A stretch of DNA of 64,000 bases from Candidatus Acidiferrum sp. (GTDB lineage Bacteria > Acidobacteriota > Terriglobia > Terriglobales > Acidobacteriaceae). The notes under the pieces are model-generated. The model searched no databases. It was not told where the DNA came from and worked only from the letters and a program-made list of their open reading frames with translations. A program made the translations under genes and the position numbers. The DNA is taken from contig DATMOP010000086.1 in NCBI GenBank assembly GCA_035568115.1, positions 31,279-95,278 of the forward strand. Direction: 5' to 3'. Of the stretch, positions 15,723-24,891 are shown piece by piece; the first letter of the stretch is position 1, and each line of letters begins with the position of its first letter.

Positions 15723-16901
15723 ATGATGGAGGATAGCGCCGTTTCTTATTGCAAAAGGAAATACCGGGATTCCCTGCCGTGCCTGCTGGCTTTCCTAGCC
15801 TTCAGTTTTAGCGCCTTGGCACAGACTTCTCCTGGCCCTGCACCGGCGGGTCCCACGCAGGACTATCTCGTTTACGTGGTTTGCGAATCCGCGGACAAGA
15901 TTCTGCTCATTCGTTTTGGCCCGGGCGGTGCGCGCATTGAGAGCCAGATGCGGACCGGACTGATGCCCATGGATGTCAATGGGCCGCACGGAATCGCGGT
16001 GTCTCCGGACAAACAATATTTCTATGTTTCCGTGGGCCATGGGCGACCCGAGGGGTCCGTGTGGAAGTATCGCGCCGGAACCGACAACGTGATCAAGTAC
16101 ACGAGTCTTGGCTTATTTCCGGCGACGACTGACATCACTCCTGACGGCAACTTCATCTACGTGGCCAATGCGAATTTTCACGGCGACATGGTTCCGTCGT
16201 CGATCTCGGTCGTGGCCACCGACCAGATGATCGAAGTAAAACGCATTCCCACCTGCACCATGCCGCACGGGTCGCGCCTCAACCACGCGGGTACGAAACA
16301 CTACTCGGCTTGCATGATGGACGACATGCTGGTCGAGATCGACACCAGAAAGTTCGCCGTGGACCGCTACTTCATGCTGGCGCAGGGTAAAGAGATGGGC
16401 ATGAGCGGCTCTCCGGCGCAGGCGATGAGCGATCACAAGATGGCCGATCACAAGCCAGTGTGCACGCCGACGTGGGCGCAGCCCTCGAATGACGGATCGA
16501 TCATCTATGTGGCCTGCAATCAATCGAACGAGATCGTTGCCATCAAGACTGATACCTGGACTCTGGCGCGCCGTTTTCCCGCCGGAACCGGCGTCTACAA
16601 TCTGGCGATGACAAAGGACGGACGGCTGATCGCGACGAACAAGCGGGGACAGTCGGTTTCCATTTTCGATCCTGCCACGGGGCGCGAACTGGCGAAGATC
16701 CCGACGCAGAGAAAAGTTGTACACGGCGCGGTAGTGTCACCCGACGACCGCTATGCATTTGTTTCGGTCGAGGGAGTCGGATCCGAGCCCGGCACCGTCG
16801 AGGTGATTGACCTGGGCAGCTTGAAAACCGTGGCGACGGTCGACGTTCCGCCACAGGCGGCGGGCATTGACTTCTGGAAGATGGAAGCGAGCAAGCAATA
16901 A
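15723..16901 (+). CDS. Secreted YVTN/YncE-like beta-propeller repeat protein
   Basis: Signal peptide LLAFLAFSFSALAQ. Repeated motifs GPHGIAVSPDKQYFYVS, ITPDGNFIYVAN and VSPDDRYAFVS. Start at the ATG at 15723. Confidence 0.8.
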   Translation: MMEDSAVSYCKRKYRDSLPCLLAFLAFSFSALAQTSPGPAPAGPTQDYLVYVVCESADKILLIRFGPGGARIESQMRTGLMPMDVNGPHGIAVSPDKQYFYVSVGHGRPEGSVWKYRAGTDNVIKYTSLGLFPATTDITPDGNFIYVANANFHGDMVPSSISVVATDQMIEVKRIPTCTMPHGSRLNHAGTKHYSACMMDDMLVEIDTRKFAVDRYFMLAQGKEMGMSGSPAQAMSDHKMADHKPVCTPTWAQPSNDGSIIYVACNQSNEIVAIKTDTWTLARRFPAGTGVYNLAMTKDGRLIATNKRGQSVSIFDPATGRELAKIPTQRKVVHGAVVSPDDRYAFVSVEGVGSEPGTVEVIDLGSLKTVATVDVPPQAAGIDFWKMEASKQ

Positions 16902-16904
16902 AAC

Positions 16905-16975
16905 CGTCGTTGATCGTTAGTCGTTGGTCGTTGGTCGTTCGCTGGTTTTTGCCAACGACTAACGAACACAACGAC
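16905..16975. repeat. Tandem heptamers (NNTCGTT x5) plus their inverted copy, forming a long imperfect hairpin
   Basis: CGTCGTT GATCGTT AGTCGTT GGTCGTT GGTCGTT ... CCAACGACTAACGAACACAACGACG. Within it, CGTTAGTCGTTGG/CCAACGACTAACG is a perfect 13-bp inverted repeat. Confidence 0.8.
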
Positions 16976-16999
16976 GATTCACTTCAGGCCGGAGGACGA

Positions 17000-19165
17000 A
17001 TGTTCAAGCACAGCGCAATAGTCTTGGCAGTTGTGGTCATGTTTCTCTCAAAGGGAACCATCATGTGTGCGCAGGACGCAAGTCCTGCCAAGCAGGACGC
17101 GGCAGCAGCTAAGCAAGATACGACTACCGCCAAACAGGACAAGGATTCGGACGCCACCAAGCAAGAGGCTCCCACCACGTCGGTAGCTCCCGCGAGTGTG
17201 GAGGTAAGCCCGAACACCCTCGATGCTCACGTCGGAGAGAAAGTAAAGTTTAGCGCGGTTGCCAAGGATGCGGCGGGCAATCCCATCGACGAAAAGCCTT
17301 CCGTCTGGTTTGCCGCTCCGTTCGACGTGGCAGGCGCGGATGAAGCCGGCGAAGTGACTTTTCATTCGCCTGGAGTAGTGACCGTAGGCGCGGTGATCGC
17401 GGGGAAAACGGGCTATGCCACCGTGAACGTGGGGGACTCGAAAGTGACGGGCGTTGAGATCGAGCCGCCGGCGCATCCCGCGGTCGTGGTCGGCGGCGCG
17501 GAAAAACTTACGGCGGTCACGCGCTCAGGCAATGGGAATCCACGAAGTGATGTGTCCATCAAGTGGACGTCGGAGAAACCTGCGATCGCGACCGTGGATG
17601 CGGCAGGATTGGTGAATGGCGTTGCGCCGGGGAGCGTCACCATCAAAGCAACTGCGGAAGGGGTGAGCGGTGCAGTTACGTTGCAGGTGGCGCGTGATGC
17701 GGTACGTAAGTTGACGGTGAAGCCCGCTTCCGCGGAGGCCCGCACCGGCGACGTGGTTCACTTTACCGCGAACGCGGCCGACGGAACCGGCGGTCATCTG
17801 AAAGATCCTCCCGTACGCTGGTCTTTGAGCAGCAGCGGTAGTGGCGCCGCGGTTTATCCGGACGGAGCATTTGTTGCGGAGAAGGCCGGCACCTACGTGA
17901 TCATGGCCAGCAGCGGCCAGCACAGCGCGGTCGCGTCGGTCGTCGTTCGCCCGCGCAATGTGGAACGCGATGTGGAAGTCGTGTCTCACGTTCCCATGCC
18001 GGACTTGCAGATGTCGGAAGAGTGGATCATCGGACACCACGCCTACCTTTCCACCGTTGCAGACAAAGTATTCGTTTACGACATCGCCGATCCCGCGAAT
18101 CCTAAACTGCTCGACACTCTCAAGGTAGACGCTCGCATCATCAACGACATCAGCACGACACCGGACGAAAAGATTGGAGTGTTCACGCGCGAGGGCGCTT
18201 CCAACCGCAAGAACGGAATCGTATTCCTCGACACTTCCGATGCAGCGCACCTGAAAGTTCTTTCCGAATACACGGCGACGGTCAGCGGTGGCGTGCATAG
18301 CGCCTACATTGACGGCCACTACGTATACATCACCGACGATGCCACCGGGTCGCTCCGCATCATTAGTTTTGAAGATCCCAAGCATCCCAAGGAAGTGGCG
18401 CGCTGGGAAGCCCAGAATCCCACCGTCGTCACCATGAGCACCAAGCACGGAACGGTGACGAGCGGACGCTATCTGCACGACTTGCAGGTGAAGGATGGCC
18501 TCGCTTATCTGGCGTACTGGAGGGATGGATTGATCATTCTCGATGTCGGCAATGGAATGGCGGGAGGGAGTCCGGAGAACCCGAAGCTGGTCAGCCAATA
18601 CCACTTCAACCACTACGAACTCTACGGCGACGGCTGGCTGGCGGGCACGCACAGCGTCTTCCGCTACAAGAATTATCTTTTTGTGGGCGATGAGGTTTTC
18701 CCGGCGATTTTCGAACTCGACGATCGGGACCGCATCCCAGTGCGCGCCATCTGCCACGTCATGGATATTTCCGATATCAAACATCCGCGGGAAGTGGCGC
18801 AGTATGAAGTGCCGGAAGGCGGCTCGCACAATTTCTGGGCTGCGAACGACATGCTCTATGAGGGTTACTACAGTGGCGGGGCGCGGGTGCTCGATATTTC
18901 CGGCGAGCTGCGCGGCGATCTCTATCGCCAAGGGCGCGAAATTGCCCGCTTCTGGACTGCAGATGCCAAGGGATTTCGTCCGAACCTCCCGTTCACATGG
19001 GGCGGACAACCTTGCTCGGTGACTTGTGACAGCCCACTGCTGAATAGCCTGATTTATTTCAACGATATCCACTCGGGCCTGTGGATCACGAAACTAGGCG
19101 AGCCCAAGTTCGAAGGTTCAACCAGTTCGCCGGCGGTGCGCAAGAGCGAACGAACGATTCATTAG
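17000..19165 (+). CDS. Secreted protein with Big_2 Ig-like domains and C-terminal LVIVD-type beta-propeller repeats
   Basis: GGAGGA SD plus ATG at 17000. A signal peptide is present. VEVSPNTLDAHVGEKVKFSAVAKDAAGNPI-type Big_2 units are followed by LVIVD-like blades (DGLIILDV, YVYITDD). Confidence 0.8.
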   Translation: MFKHSAIVLAVVVMFLSKGTIMCAQDASPAKQDAAAAKQDTTTAKQDKDSDATKQEAPTTSVAPASVEVSPNTLDAHVGEKVKFSAVAKDAAGNPIDEKPSVWFAAPFDVAGADEAGEVTFHSPGVVTVGAVIAGKTGYATVNVGDSKVTGVEIEPPAHPAVVVGGAEKLTAVTRSGNGNPRSDVSIKWTSEKPAIATVDAAGLVNGVAPGSVTIKATAEGVSGAVTLQVARDAVRKLTVKPASAEARTGDVVHFTANAADGTGGHLKDPPVRWSLSSSGSGAAVYPDGAFVAEKAGTYVIMASSGQHSAVASVVVRPRNVERDVEVVSHVPMPDLQMSEEWIIGHHAYLSTVADKVFVYDIADPANPKLLDTLKVDARIINDISTTPDEKIGVFTREGASNRKNGIVFLDTSDAAHLKVLSEYTATVSGGVHSAYIDGHYVYITDDATGSLRIISFEDPKHPKEVARWEAQNPTVVTMSTKHGTVTSGRYLHDLQVKDGLAYLAYWRDGLIILDVGNGMAGGSPENPKLVSQYHFNHYELYGDGWLAGTHSVFRYKNYLFVGDEVFPAIFELDDRDRIPVRAICHVMDISDIKHPREVAQYEVPEGGSHNFWAANDMLYEGYYSGGARVLDISGELRGDLYRQGREIARFWTADAKGFRPNLPFTWGGQPCSVTCDSPLLNSLIYFNDIHSGLWITKLGEPKFEGSTSSPAVRKSERTIH

Positions 19166-19176
19166 CGAAATGGGGA

Positions 19177-20499
19177 TTACTGGGAAGCGCTGCTGGCGAC
19201 AACCGGCACCGGTGTGACCAGTTTTAATTGGTCGAGCTGGCTCAGCACGCTATTCCAGTCGCCCAGGTTCTTCTTCGTTTCGAAGGCAACCGAGAGGTCG
19301 GAATAAAACAGCAGGATGTTTGCTCGCAGCTCAGGCGATGTCTTATCGAACTTCCGCTCCGACAACTGGCCCAGCAACTTTGCGTAGGCATCGTCGGTAA
19401 GCGAGTATTCGGCAGCTTTGGTTGGGTTGCCGGTATCGAAATCGCAGTTCGGCAGCACCAATGTGCCGGCGCCCACCGCTTCGAGAAGAGCGCGGTACTG
19501 ATCGACGGTCGCATTGATGCTCTTGAAGTAGAGATCTTCAGTCTGCGGCGTGGGGCTTTTGAATGCCAGCCCTTTGAAGGGACCAACCCTCGGCATGTAG
19601 CGCAGGAGCGTCGACAGAATGCGGGTGCCCGGACCGGGCTTCACGTAATCTTTTCCCCACTGCTTTTCGTAGTCGGAGCGCGAAAGGCGATATAGAAACT
19701 TGCGTTTCGCAAAATTGGGCGTTTCGCGTATCAGATCCTTCTTGTGGGTTTGCAGCGCGACCCGGGTCATTTGCGGAATCAACCGGCTCACCGCAAAGCG
19801 GTACGAACCTACCGCCAAGTCCTCGTGGGTGAGCACATCTTTCAATTCCACCCCATAAACCACAGGGAAGACCCGCTCCAGCAGGGGCTTGGACACTTCG
19901 AATCCGATGAAGTCATGGTACTGCTGCGAGGCATAACGATTCTTCGCGACCTGGGCGGTATCGAATCCAAATTCTATTTTCAGATGCGCGGTCTTGTCCT
20001 GGGCATAGCGAACCGACTGGCCATATTTCGCGCGCAACTTTGGGTACTCGATCGCGACAGCCTGGTTGACCGCGGGGTGACCGGCGATATCTGAAACATA
20101 GTGCGACAGCGCGCCGAGCGCGAAGGCATACTCATTGACATCCTGGCTCTCGATCAGCAGCTCACGAACGAAGTCTCCGCTGCGAACGTAGTGCACCAGG
20201 TCGCTGAATTCCCGGCTGCCGAATGGGTAGTAGCCAAGGTCCTGGATGACGGCACCGCCATAGGCATAGGCGTGCGCCTCTTTGAGTTGGTCCTCCGACA
20301 GCCCCGGGTATCGCTTGAGGAGCAGGGGCCTGATCTCGTCAGTCCATAGCAGGTCGACGATCTCCTCGTGCGTCAGGACGGAGTATGCGGATAGGCCGCT
20401 GTTGCACATCAATACTGCCAGAACAAGCGATGCAGCACGGACTAAAAACAGGCGCCACCCTCTGCCTATGGCCAGCGACGAGATTGATGGATGGCGCAT
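19177..20499 (-). CDS. Zinc-dependent phospholipase C-like family protein (secreted)
   Basis: YSVLTHEEI at the mature N-terminus and HYVSDIAGHPAVN resemble the Zn-PLC fold signatures. A signal/TM segment is present. Confidence 0.7.
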   Translation of the reverse strand: MRHPSISSLAIGRGWRLFLVRAASLVLAVLMCNSGLSAYSVLTHEEIVDLLWTDEIRPLLLKRYPGLSEDQLKEAHAYAYGGAVIQDLGYYPFGSREFSDLVHYVRSGDFVRELLIESQDVNEYAFALGALSHYVSDIAGHPAVNQAVAIEYPKLRAKYGQSVRYAQDKTAHLKIEFGFDTAQVAKNRYASQQYHDFIGFEVSKPLLERVFPVVYGVELKDVLTHEDLAVGSYRFAVSRLIPQMTRVALQTHKKDLIRETPNFAKRKFLYRLSRSDYEKQWGKDYVKPGPGTRILSTLLRYMPRVGPFKGLAFKSPTPQTEDLYFKSINATVDQYRALLEAVGAGTLVLPNCDFDTGNPTKAAEYSLTDDAYAKLLGQLSERKFDKTSPELRANILLFYSDLSVAFETKKNLGDWNSVLSQLDQLKLVTPVPVVASSASQ

Positions 20500-20502
20500 A
20501 GC

Positions 20503-20658
20503 TCAAATGCGCCCGAGAAACAGAAGGATGACCACGATAAAGAGCGCCAATCCAAGGCCGCCGGTCGGGGCATAGCCCCACTCGCGGCTATGCGGCCAGC
20601 GGGGCAGCGCACCCACCAGAGCCAGAACTAAAATTACGAGCAATATTGTTCCAAGCAT
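20503..20658 (-). CDS. DUF3309 family small membrane protein (51 aa; below the ORF-track size cutoff)
   Basis: My translation is MLGTILLVILVLALVGALPRWPHSREWGYAPTGGLGLALFIVVILLFLGRI, which matches the DUF3309 pattern (P-WP-SR-WGY-P-GGLG). Confidence 0.8.
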   Translation of the reverse strand: MLGTILLVILVLALVGALPRWPHSREWGYAPTGGLGLALFIVVILLFLGRI

Positions 20659-20725
20659 GTTGTGCTCCTTTTCGGCAGGAAGAATAAGAGCGCAGCCTCT
20701 CGCGAGGCTGAATCAGATCGATTGG

Positions 20726-21475
20726 CTACATCGAGATGTTGATGGCGATGCCGACGTTCGGATACCTGTTGTTGTACAGGTAATAGCCGTTGTCGACGTA
20801 GACCACATAGACGTCGTCGTTGTCGTACCAGTCGTCGCCCCAGTATTCCGGCCATGGGTCAACCATGCTGACCCAGTAGCCGCCGTATTGAAAGCGCGGG
20901 TATCCGCCCACTATGAGGAAAGGCAGGCCGGAGATGCGGAAGCCATGGTCCTGACCAAAATATCCACGGAAGCGGTCGTCAGGAATGCGATATCCGTTAT
21001 AGCCGCCGCGCTGTTGCCAGGTGCGGTGGTCGGAATCCCAACTGTGTGAGCGATGTTGCTGCATGGCGCTCTGCTGGACGCGGTGTTGCTCCTGTGTGCG
21101 CTGCGGCTGTTCATTGCCGCGTTGTTGCTGGGCATGCTCTTGCCGCTGCGGATGCTGGTTCTGCTGCTGTGCCTGGTGCTCGTTCTGCTGGGCAGGCTTT
21201 GCGTCCTTCGCACGTTGCTCATCGCGTTGGGCGGGCTTGTCCTGTTGCGGTTTTTCCTGTTGCGCCCGCTGCTTTTCCTGCTGTGGCTTTTCCTGCTGCG
21301 CGCGCTGCTTTTCCTGTTGCGGCTGTTGCTTTTCCGGCTGAGCTTTCTTTTCTTGCTGCTGTGGGTGTTTCTCCTCCTTGGCCGGTTTGTCCTGTTGCTG
21401 CTCCTGCTGCGCGTACACCGGAGCCGCGATGGTCAAAGACAGAAATGCTGTGCCTATCACTGCAATTAGTCTCAT
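20726..21475 (-). CDS. Secreted protein with a Gln/Glu/Lys-rich repeat region and an aromatic-rich C-terminal domain
   Basis: GGAGG SD plus ATG at 21475. Signal peptide MRLIAVIGTAFLSLTIAAPVYA. 12-aa repeats QQEKQRAQQEKP. C-terminus GYWVSMVDPWPEYWGDDWYDNDD. Confidence 0.75.
   Translation of the reverse strand: MRLIAVIGTAFLSLTIAAPVYAQQEQQQDKPAKEEKHPQQQEKKAQPEKQQPQQEKQRAQQEKPQQEKQRAQQEKPQQDKPAQRDEQRAKDAKPAQQNEHQAQQQNQHPQRQEHAQQQRGNEQPQRTQEQHRVQQSAMQQHRSHSWDSDHRTWQQRGGYNGYRIPDDRFRGYFGQDHGFRISGLPFLIVGGYPRFQYGGYWVSMVDPWPEYWGDDWYDNDDVYVVYVDNGYYLYNNRYPNVGIAINISM
21235..21330. repeat. In-frame tandem coding repeats of about 36 nt (QQEKQRAQQEKP units)
   Basis: Repeated ctgttgcg..gctgcttttcctg strings on the plus strand. 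The boundaries are approximate. Confidence 0.5.
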
Positions 21476-21534
21476 GAGTATTGCCTCCATTCCTGGTCGT
21501 TTACGGGACGCGGGCCACCCCGCGTCCCCCGTGC

Positions 21535-23232
21535 TTACTGCAAGTTTCCTGTGGTTGCGTTGACGGGTGAGCCAATGGCTTCACCGGAGACGAGAAGTTC
21601 CACTCTGCGGTTCTGCTGCCGGCCCGCGGAGTTGTCGTTGGTGGCTACCGGCAAGGTATTGCCGAAGCCTCTCGAGGAAACCGAGCCGGTTGCGACGCCT
21701 TGTTGCACGAGATAGTCGCGCACCGAGCCGGCGCGATTCTCCGACAGGGTTTGATTCATGGCATCGCCGCCGACGTTATCGGTATAGCCGCCGACTTCGA
21801 TGTTGAGCCCGGGATAAGCGAGCAGAATTCCGGCGACTTTCGCCAGCTTCTCGCGCGCTCCCGGCTTCAATGAGTATTTTCCTGTGTCAAACAGTACGTC
21901 GGACATGCTGACAATCAGGCCGCGCGCGCTTTCGCGAGTTTGAAGAATGGAATTCAACTGCTCAGATAACTTTGTGCGCATGGCGGCTTTGTCCGCATCC
22001 GCTTGTTGCGCGTTCAGTTGCGCCTGTTGTGCCGCCAGGCGCGATTGTTCCGCATCCGCCTGGGCTGCGGAGAGCGCCGTCGCCGACGAAGCCTGATTCG
22101 CTGCCGCATCCGAATTTGCTCTTGCGGTTGCTGCTTGCGCATCGCTGGCATCGTTGCGTGCTCTGGCTGCGTCGGACTCTGCCTGAGCCTTGGCAGCCTG
22201 GGCATTGGCTGCATCGGATTCGGCCTGCGCCTTGGCAGCGCGAGCATTCGTCGTGTCAGACTCTGCCTGGGCCGTTGCTGCCTGGGCTCTTGCCGTGTCG
22301 GACTCCGCCTGCTCCTTCTGCCGCATCGCATCATTGGCCTGACCTTGCGACTTGGCCTGTGCGTCGGCTGAGTCCTGACGTTCGTTTGCCAGGCGCACAT
22401 CGTCCATCTTCTTGACAGCGATTTCGCGCGCATCTTCCGCCGTTTGCACGGCCTCACGAGATACTGCGATCAGCGGCTTCCTGTCCTGGTGCTTTCGTAT
22501 CGCATACTCATTGGCACGATCCATTAACTGGACCGCGTGCCGATAGCTGGCACTGGCATACTGCTCGGCGCCCTCGGATTGAGCGATGCGCACCGCATTG
22601 CGCGCCTCGAAAAATTCCAACGGCAAGTTGGCGTTCAAGACCACCGGATCGAACTTGTAGCCGGTAGGAATGTAGCCGCCGCGTTCCATCAGTTCATATT
22701 TGGCGTTCACGGCTTCGGTTGTTCCCTTGGTGCTGTCGCGAACCACATTCTCGAGAATCACAGCATTACTCGGCTGCCGGACCGCATAGTAAGGTTCCGC
22801 GGTGACGATCAGAGCGAAGGCCTGAAGGTCCGTGGTGACGTTCAGCTTGCTGCGATGGTTGTCGCCGACCAGCACCTCGCCCAGGTTCACGGCGCGGCCT
22901 TCCGGCGAAATCGCCCACAGGACGTAAGTCAGATACTCGTTCCCGAATGTCGTCGGCCTTTGCAGATCACCGAATTCCGCTTCGATCGCGATCGATCCCC
23001 GCTTGCTGTTCACCTGGGCAACGCCATTCGCGGATGGCATCAGGTCGGTGCCTGCGAAATCCACCTTCGACGACCCGCTGCGGTGCTTGTAGTTGACCGC
23101 CTGCACGCTGCGGCTGATGACGGTTACGCGGAACGTGGGCGTCGTATTCATGTGCTCGACGCCGTCTATGGTTTGAGAATTGGTTTGAGCGAACGCACTC
23201 AAACTGAGGGTGATTCCGACTGCCAACAACAT
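21535..23232 (-). CDS. OmpA-family protein with an N-terminal beta-rich domain, a central Ala-rich 14-aa repeat coiled coil and a C-terminal OmpA peptidoglycan-binding domain
   Basis: C-terminus NIEVGGYTDNVGGDAMNQTLSENRAGSVRDYL...NRRVELLV. Repeats AQAESD(T/A)xNA(R/Q)AAK. Internal ATG (MLLAVGITLSLSAFA) chosen. Confidence 0.85.
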   Translation of the reverse strand: MLLAVGITLSLSAFAQTNSQTIDGVEHMNTTPTFRVTVISRSVQAVNYKHRSGSSKVDFAGTDLMPSANGVAQVNSKRGSIAIEAEFGDLQRPTTFGNEYLTYVLWAISPEGRAVNLGEVLVGDNHRSKLNVTTDLQAFALIVTAEPYYAVRQPSNAVILENVVRDSTKGTTEAVNAKYELMERGGYIPTGYKFDPVVLNANLPLEFFEARNAVRIAQSEGAEQYASASYRHAVQLMDRANEYAIRKHQDRKPLIAVSREAVQTAEDAREIAVKKMDDVRLANERQDSADAQAKSQGQANDAMRQKEQAESDTARAQAATAQAESDTTNARAAKAQAESDAANAQAAKAQAESDAARARNDASDAQAATARANSDAAANQASSATALSAAQADAEQSRLAAQQAQLNAQQADADKAAMRTKLSEQLNSILQTRESARGLIVSMSDVLFDTGKYSLKPGAREKLAKVAGILLAYPGLNIEVGGYTDNVGGDAMNQTLSENRAGSVRDYLVQQGVATGSVSSRGFGNTLPVATNDNSAGRQQNRRVELLVSGEAIGSPVNATTGNLQ

Positions 23233-23332
23233 TTTCGTTTTCAAAATATCTCCTTCAGGCAGGTGACTGCCGTGTTGCTCTGTATCGATCTCTGAAGTGA
23301 TGCGATCATCCGGTTTGCTGACGGGTTGGCCT

Positions 23333-23521
23333 TCATCCGACGTGGATTCGGGAAAGCGAATGAAATAATCCAAAAATATTCATGAGCCACAGCACAACAG
23401 CTATGACCACCACGCCGTTCAAAATTGATTTGATGGATCCCTGCATGGGAATGAAGCGATTCACCAGCCAGAGAAGAACACCCACTACAACGAGAACTTC
23501 CAGGAGTTGAATTAGAGGCAT
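23333..23521 (-). CDS. Small two-helix membrane protein (Thivi_2564-like family, 62 aa)
   Basis: MPLIQLLEVLVVVGVLLWLVNRFIPMQGSIKSILNGVVVIAVVLWLMNIFGL matches the family pattern as I remember it. Confidence 0.7.
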   Translation of the reverse strand: MPLIQLLEVLVVVGVLLWLVNRFIPMQGSIKSILNGVVVIAVVLWLMNIFGLFHSLSRIHVG

Positions 23522-23886
23522 GAGCTTTGACCTTCCTTTTGTCTTGGGCGTACGTTTCGCAGGCCAAGCCTCTCCTATGCCCGGAGGCATCGCCGTGCTT
23601 TGTACGTTAGAGCTTTTAGGGTCGAGTCGTGCTGGCCGCAGGTTCGCGGCCACACACGGATGAAGAATGCCGATTGCTGGATGTGGTCGCTTCGCCGTCG
23701 ATCACGACCCGGCCTGCAGCAACCTCGGAATGAGAGCTACGAATCAGCGTCCGCCGCTCCGTCTACACACTCAGGAGCATTAAGAATGACAGGTACCGAT
23801 TCTCCTGTCTGAGCAAGATAGCTCACATGCGCGGGGGAACCTTTGCGTCGACAGTGCCTGAGTCCCCAAGCCACAGCAGACGTTCC

Positions 23887-24891
23887 TTAATCCTGCGCCC
23901 GCTGCCGCCGCTCGCAATTTCCATTTTCATCGAGCCAACTGAGTAGAGAGCGCACGCTGGCCCGAGCCAAAGCGATGGCACAGTCCGCGGCTCCGTAATA
24001 GATGTTGAGAGTATCGCCATCGGGCGCCATCGTATAACCGCAGGGGAACACTACGTCGTCGACATCGCCGTGGACTTCGTATTCCGCTTCCGGGCCAAAG
24101 ATCCAGGAATCCCCGCGCAGCAGGCACTTTGCGGGATTCTCGAGCTCGAACAGCGCCAGGCCTAAGCGATACAAACAACCGGACGGCGTATGCCGAACTC
24201 CGTGGTAAATCACGAGCCATCCCCGGGAAGTCTCGATGGGCGGCGGCGACAAACCAATCTTGTTGGCGTCCCACCAGGCGCCGCGGCGGGCTTCCAGCAT
24301 CAGCCGGTGCCGGCCCCAATGACGAAGATCAGGAGAGTAGGAAATCCAGATGTGCGCTCCGAGGTTGGTTGCGGGGCGGTGGATCAGCGCCCAGTGTCCG
24401 TCAATTCGCCGGGGAAACAGCGCCGAGTCTTTGTCGTCGGGCGGCATGATCACGCCATAGCGCTCGAAAGTTCGGAAGTCTTTGGTGAGTGCGAGAGACA
24501 CGCCGGGCCCCCCGCGAGAATAGGAAGTGTAGGTGACGACATATTGCTGTAGTTCGGGCACGAACGTGATGCGCGGATCTTCGATGCCCCAGATTTCTTC
24601 GGGGAAATCCTTCGGGCTTGGCATCAACGTCGGTTCGCTATCGATTTGCCATCCATCGACTCCGTTCACGGAGCGCGCGACGCACAGGTGTGAGAGACCG
24701 CGGCGGTCTTCCACACGGCAGAGCAGTAGAGTTGAGCCATCTGCAAGCATCGTGGCGCCCGCGTTGAACACACTGTTGATCGAGTACGGCCAATCTTTGC
24801 TGGTGAGGATCGGGTTGGAGGAATGTCGAACCAGTAACGGCTCGAGGCTTGTACTCAGGATGCTTACAGATTTCTCCACGGGGACGGTCAA
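23887..24891 (-). CDS. GH130-family glycoside phosphorylase/glycosidase
   Basis: NSVFNAGATMLADGSTLLLCRVEDRRG...GIEDPRITFV and the five-bladed-propeller layout are typical of GH130. The start overlaps the upstream GT4 stop. Confidence 0.8.
   Translation of the reverse strand: MTVPVEKSVSILSTSLEPLLVRHSSNPILTSKDWPYSINSVFNAGATMLADGSTLLLCRVEDRRGLSHLCVARSVNGVDGWQIDSEPTLMPSPKDFPEEIWGIEDPRITFVPELQQYVVTYTSYSRGGPGVSLALTKDFRTFERYGVIMPPDDKDSALFPRRIDGHWALIHRPATNLGAHIWISYSPDLRHWGRHRLMLEARRGAWWDANKIGLSPPPIETSRGWLVIYHGVRHTPSGCLYRLGLALFELENPAKCLLRGDSWIFGPEAEYEVHGDVDDVVFPCGYTMAPDGDTLNIYYGAADCAIALARASVRSLLSWLDENGNCERRQRAQD

Noticed and set aside
21000-22400. Dense short repeats that might suggest a CRISPR-like array
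   Set aside because: The repeats are in-frame coding repeats (36-nt QQEKQRAQQEKP units and 42-nt AQAESD units) inside two secreted/OmpA proteins. There is no repeat-spacer periodicity and there are no cas genes.
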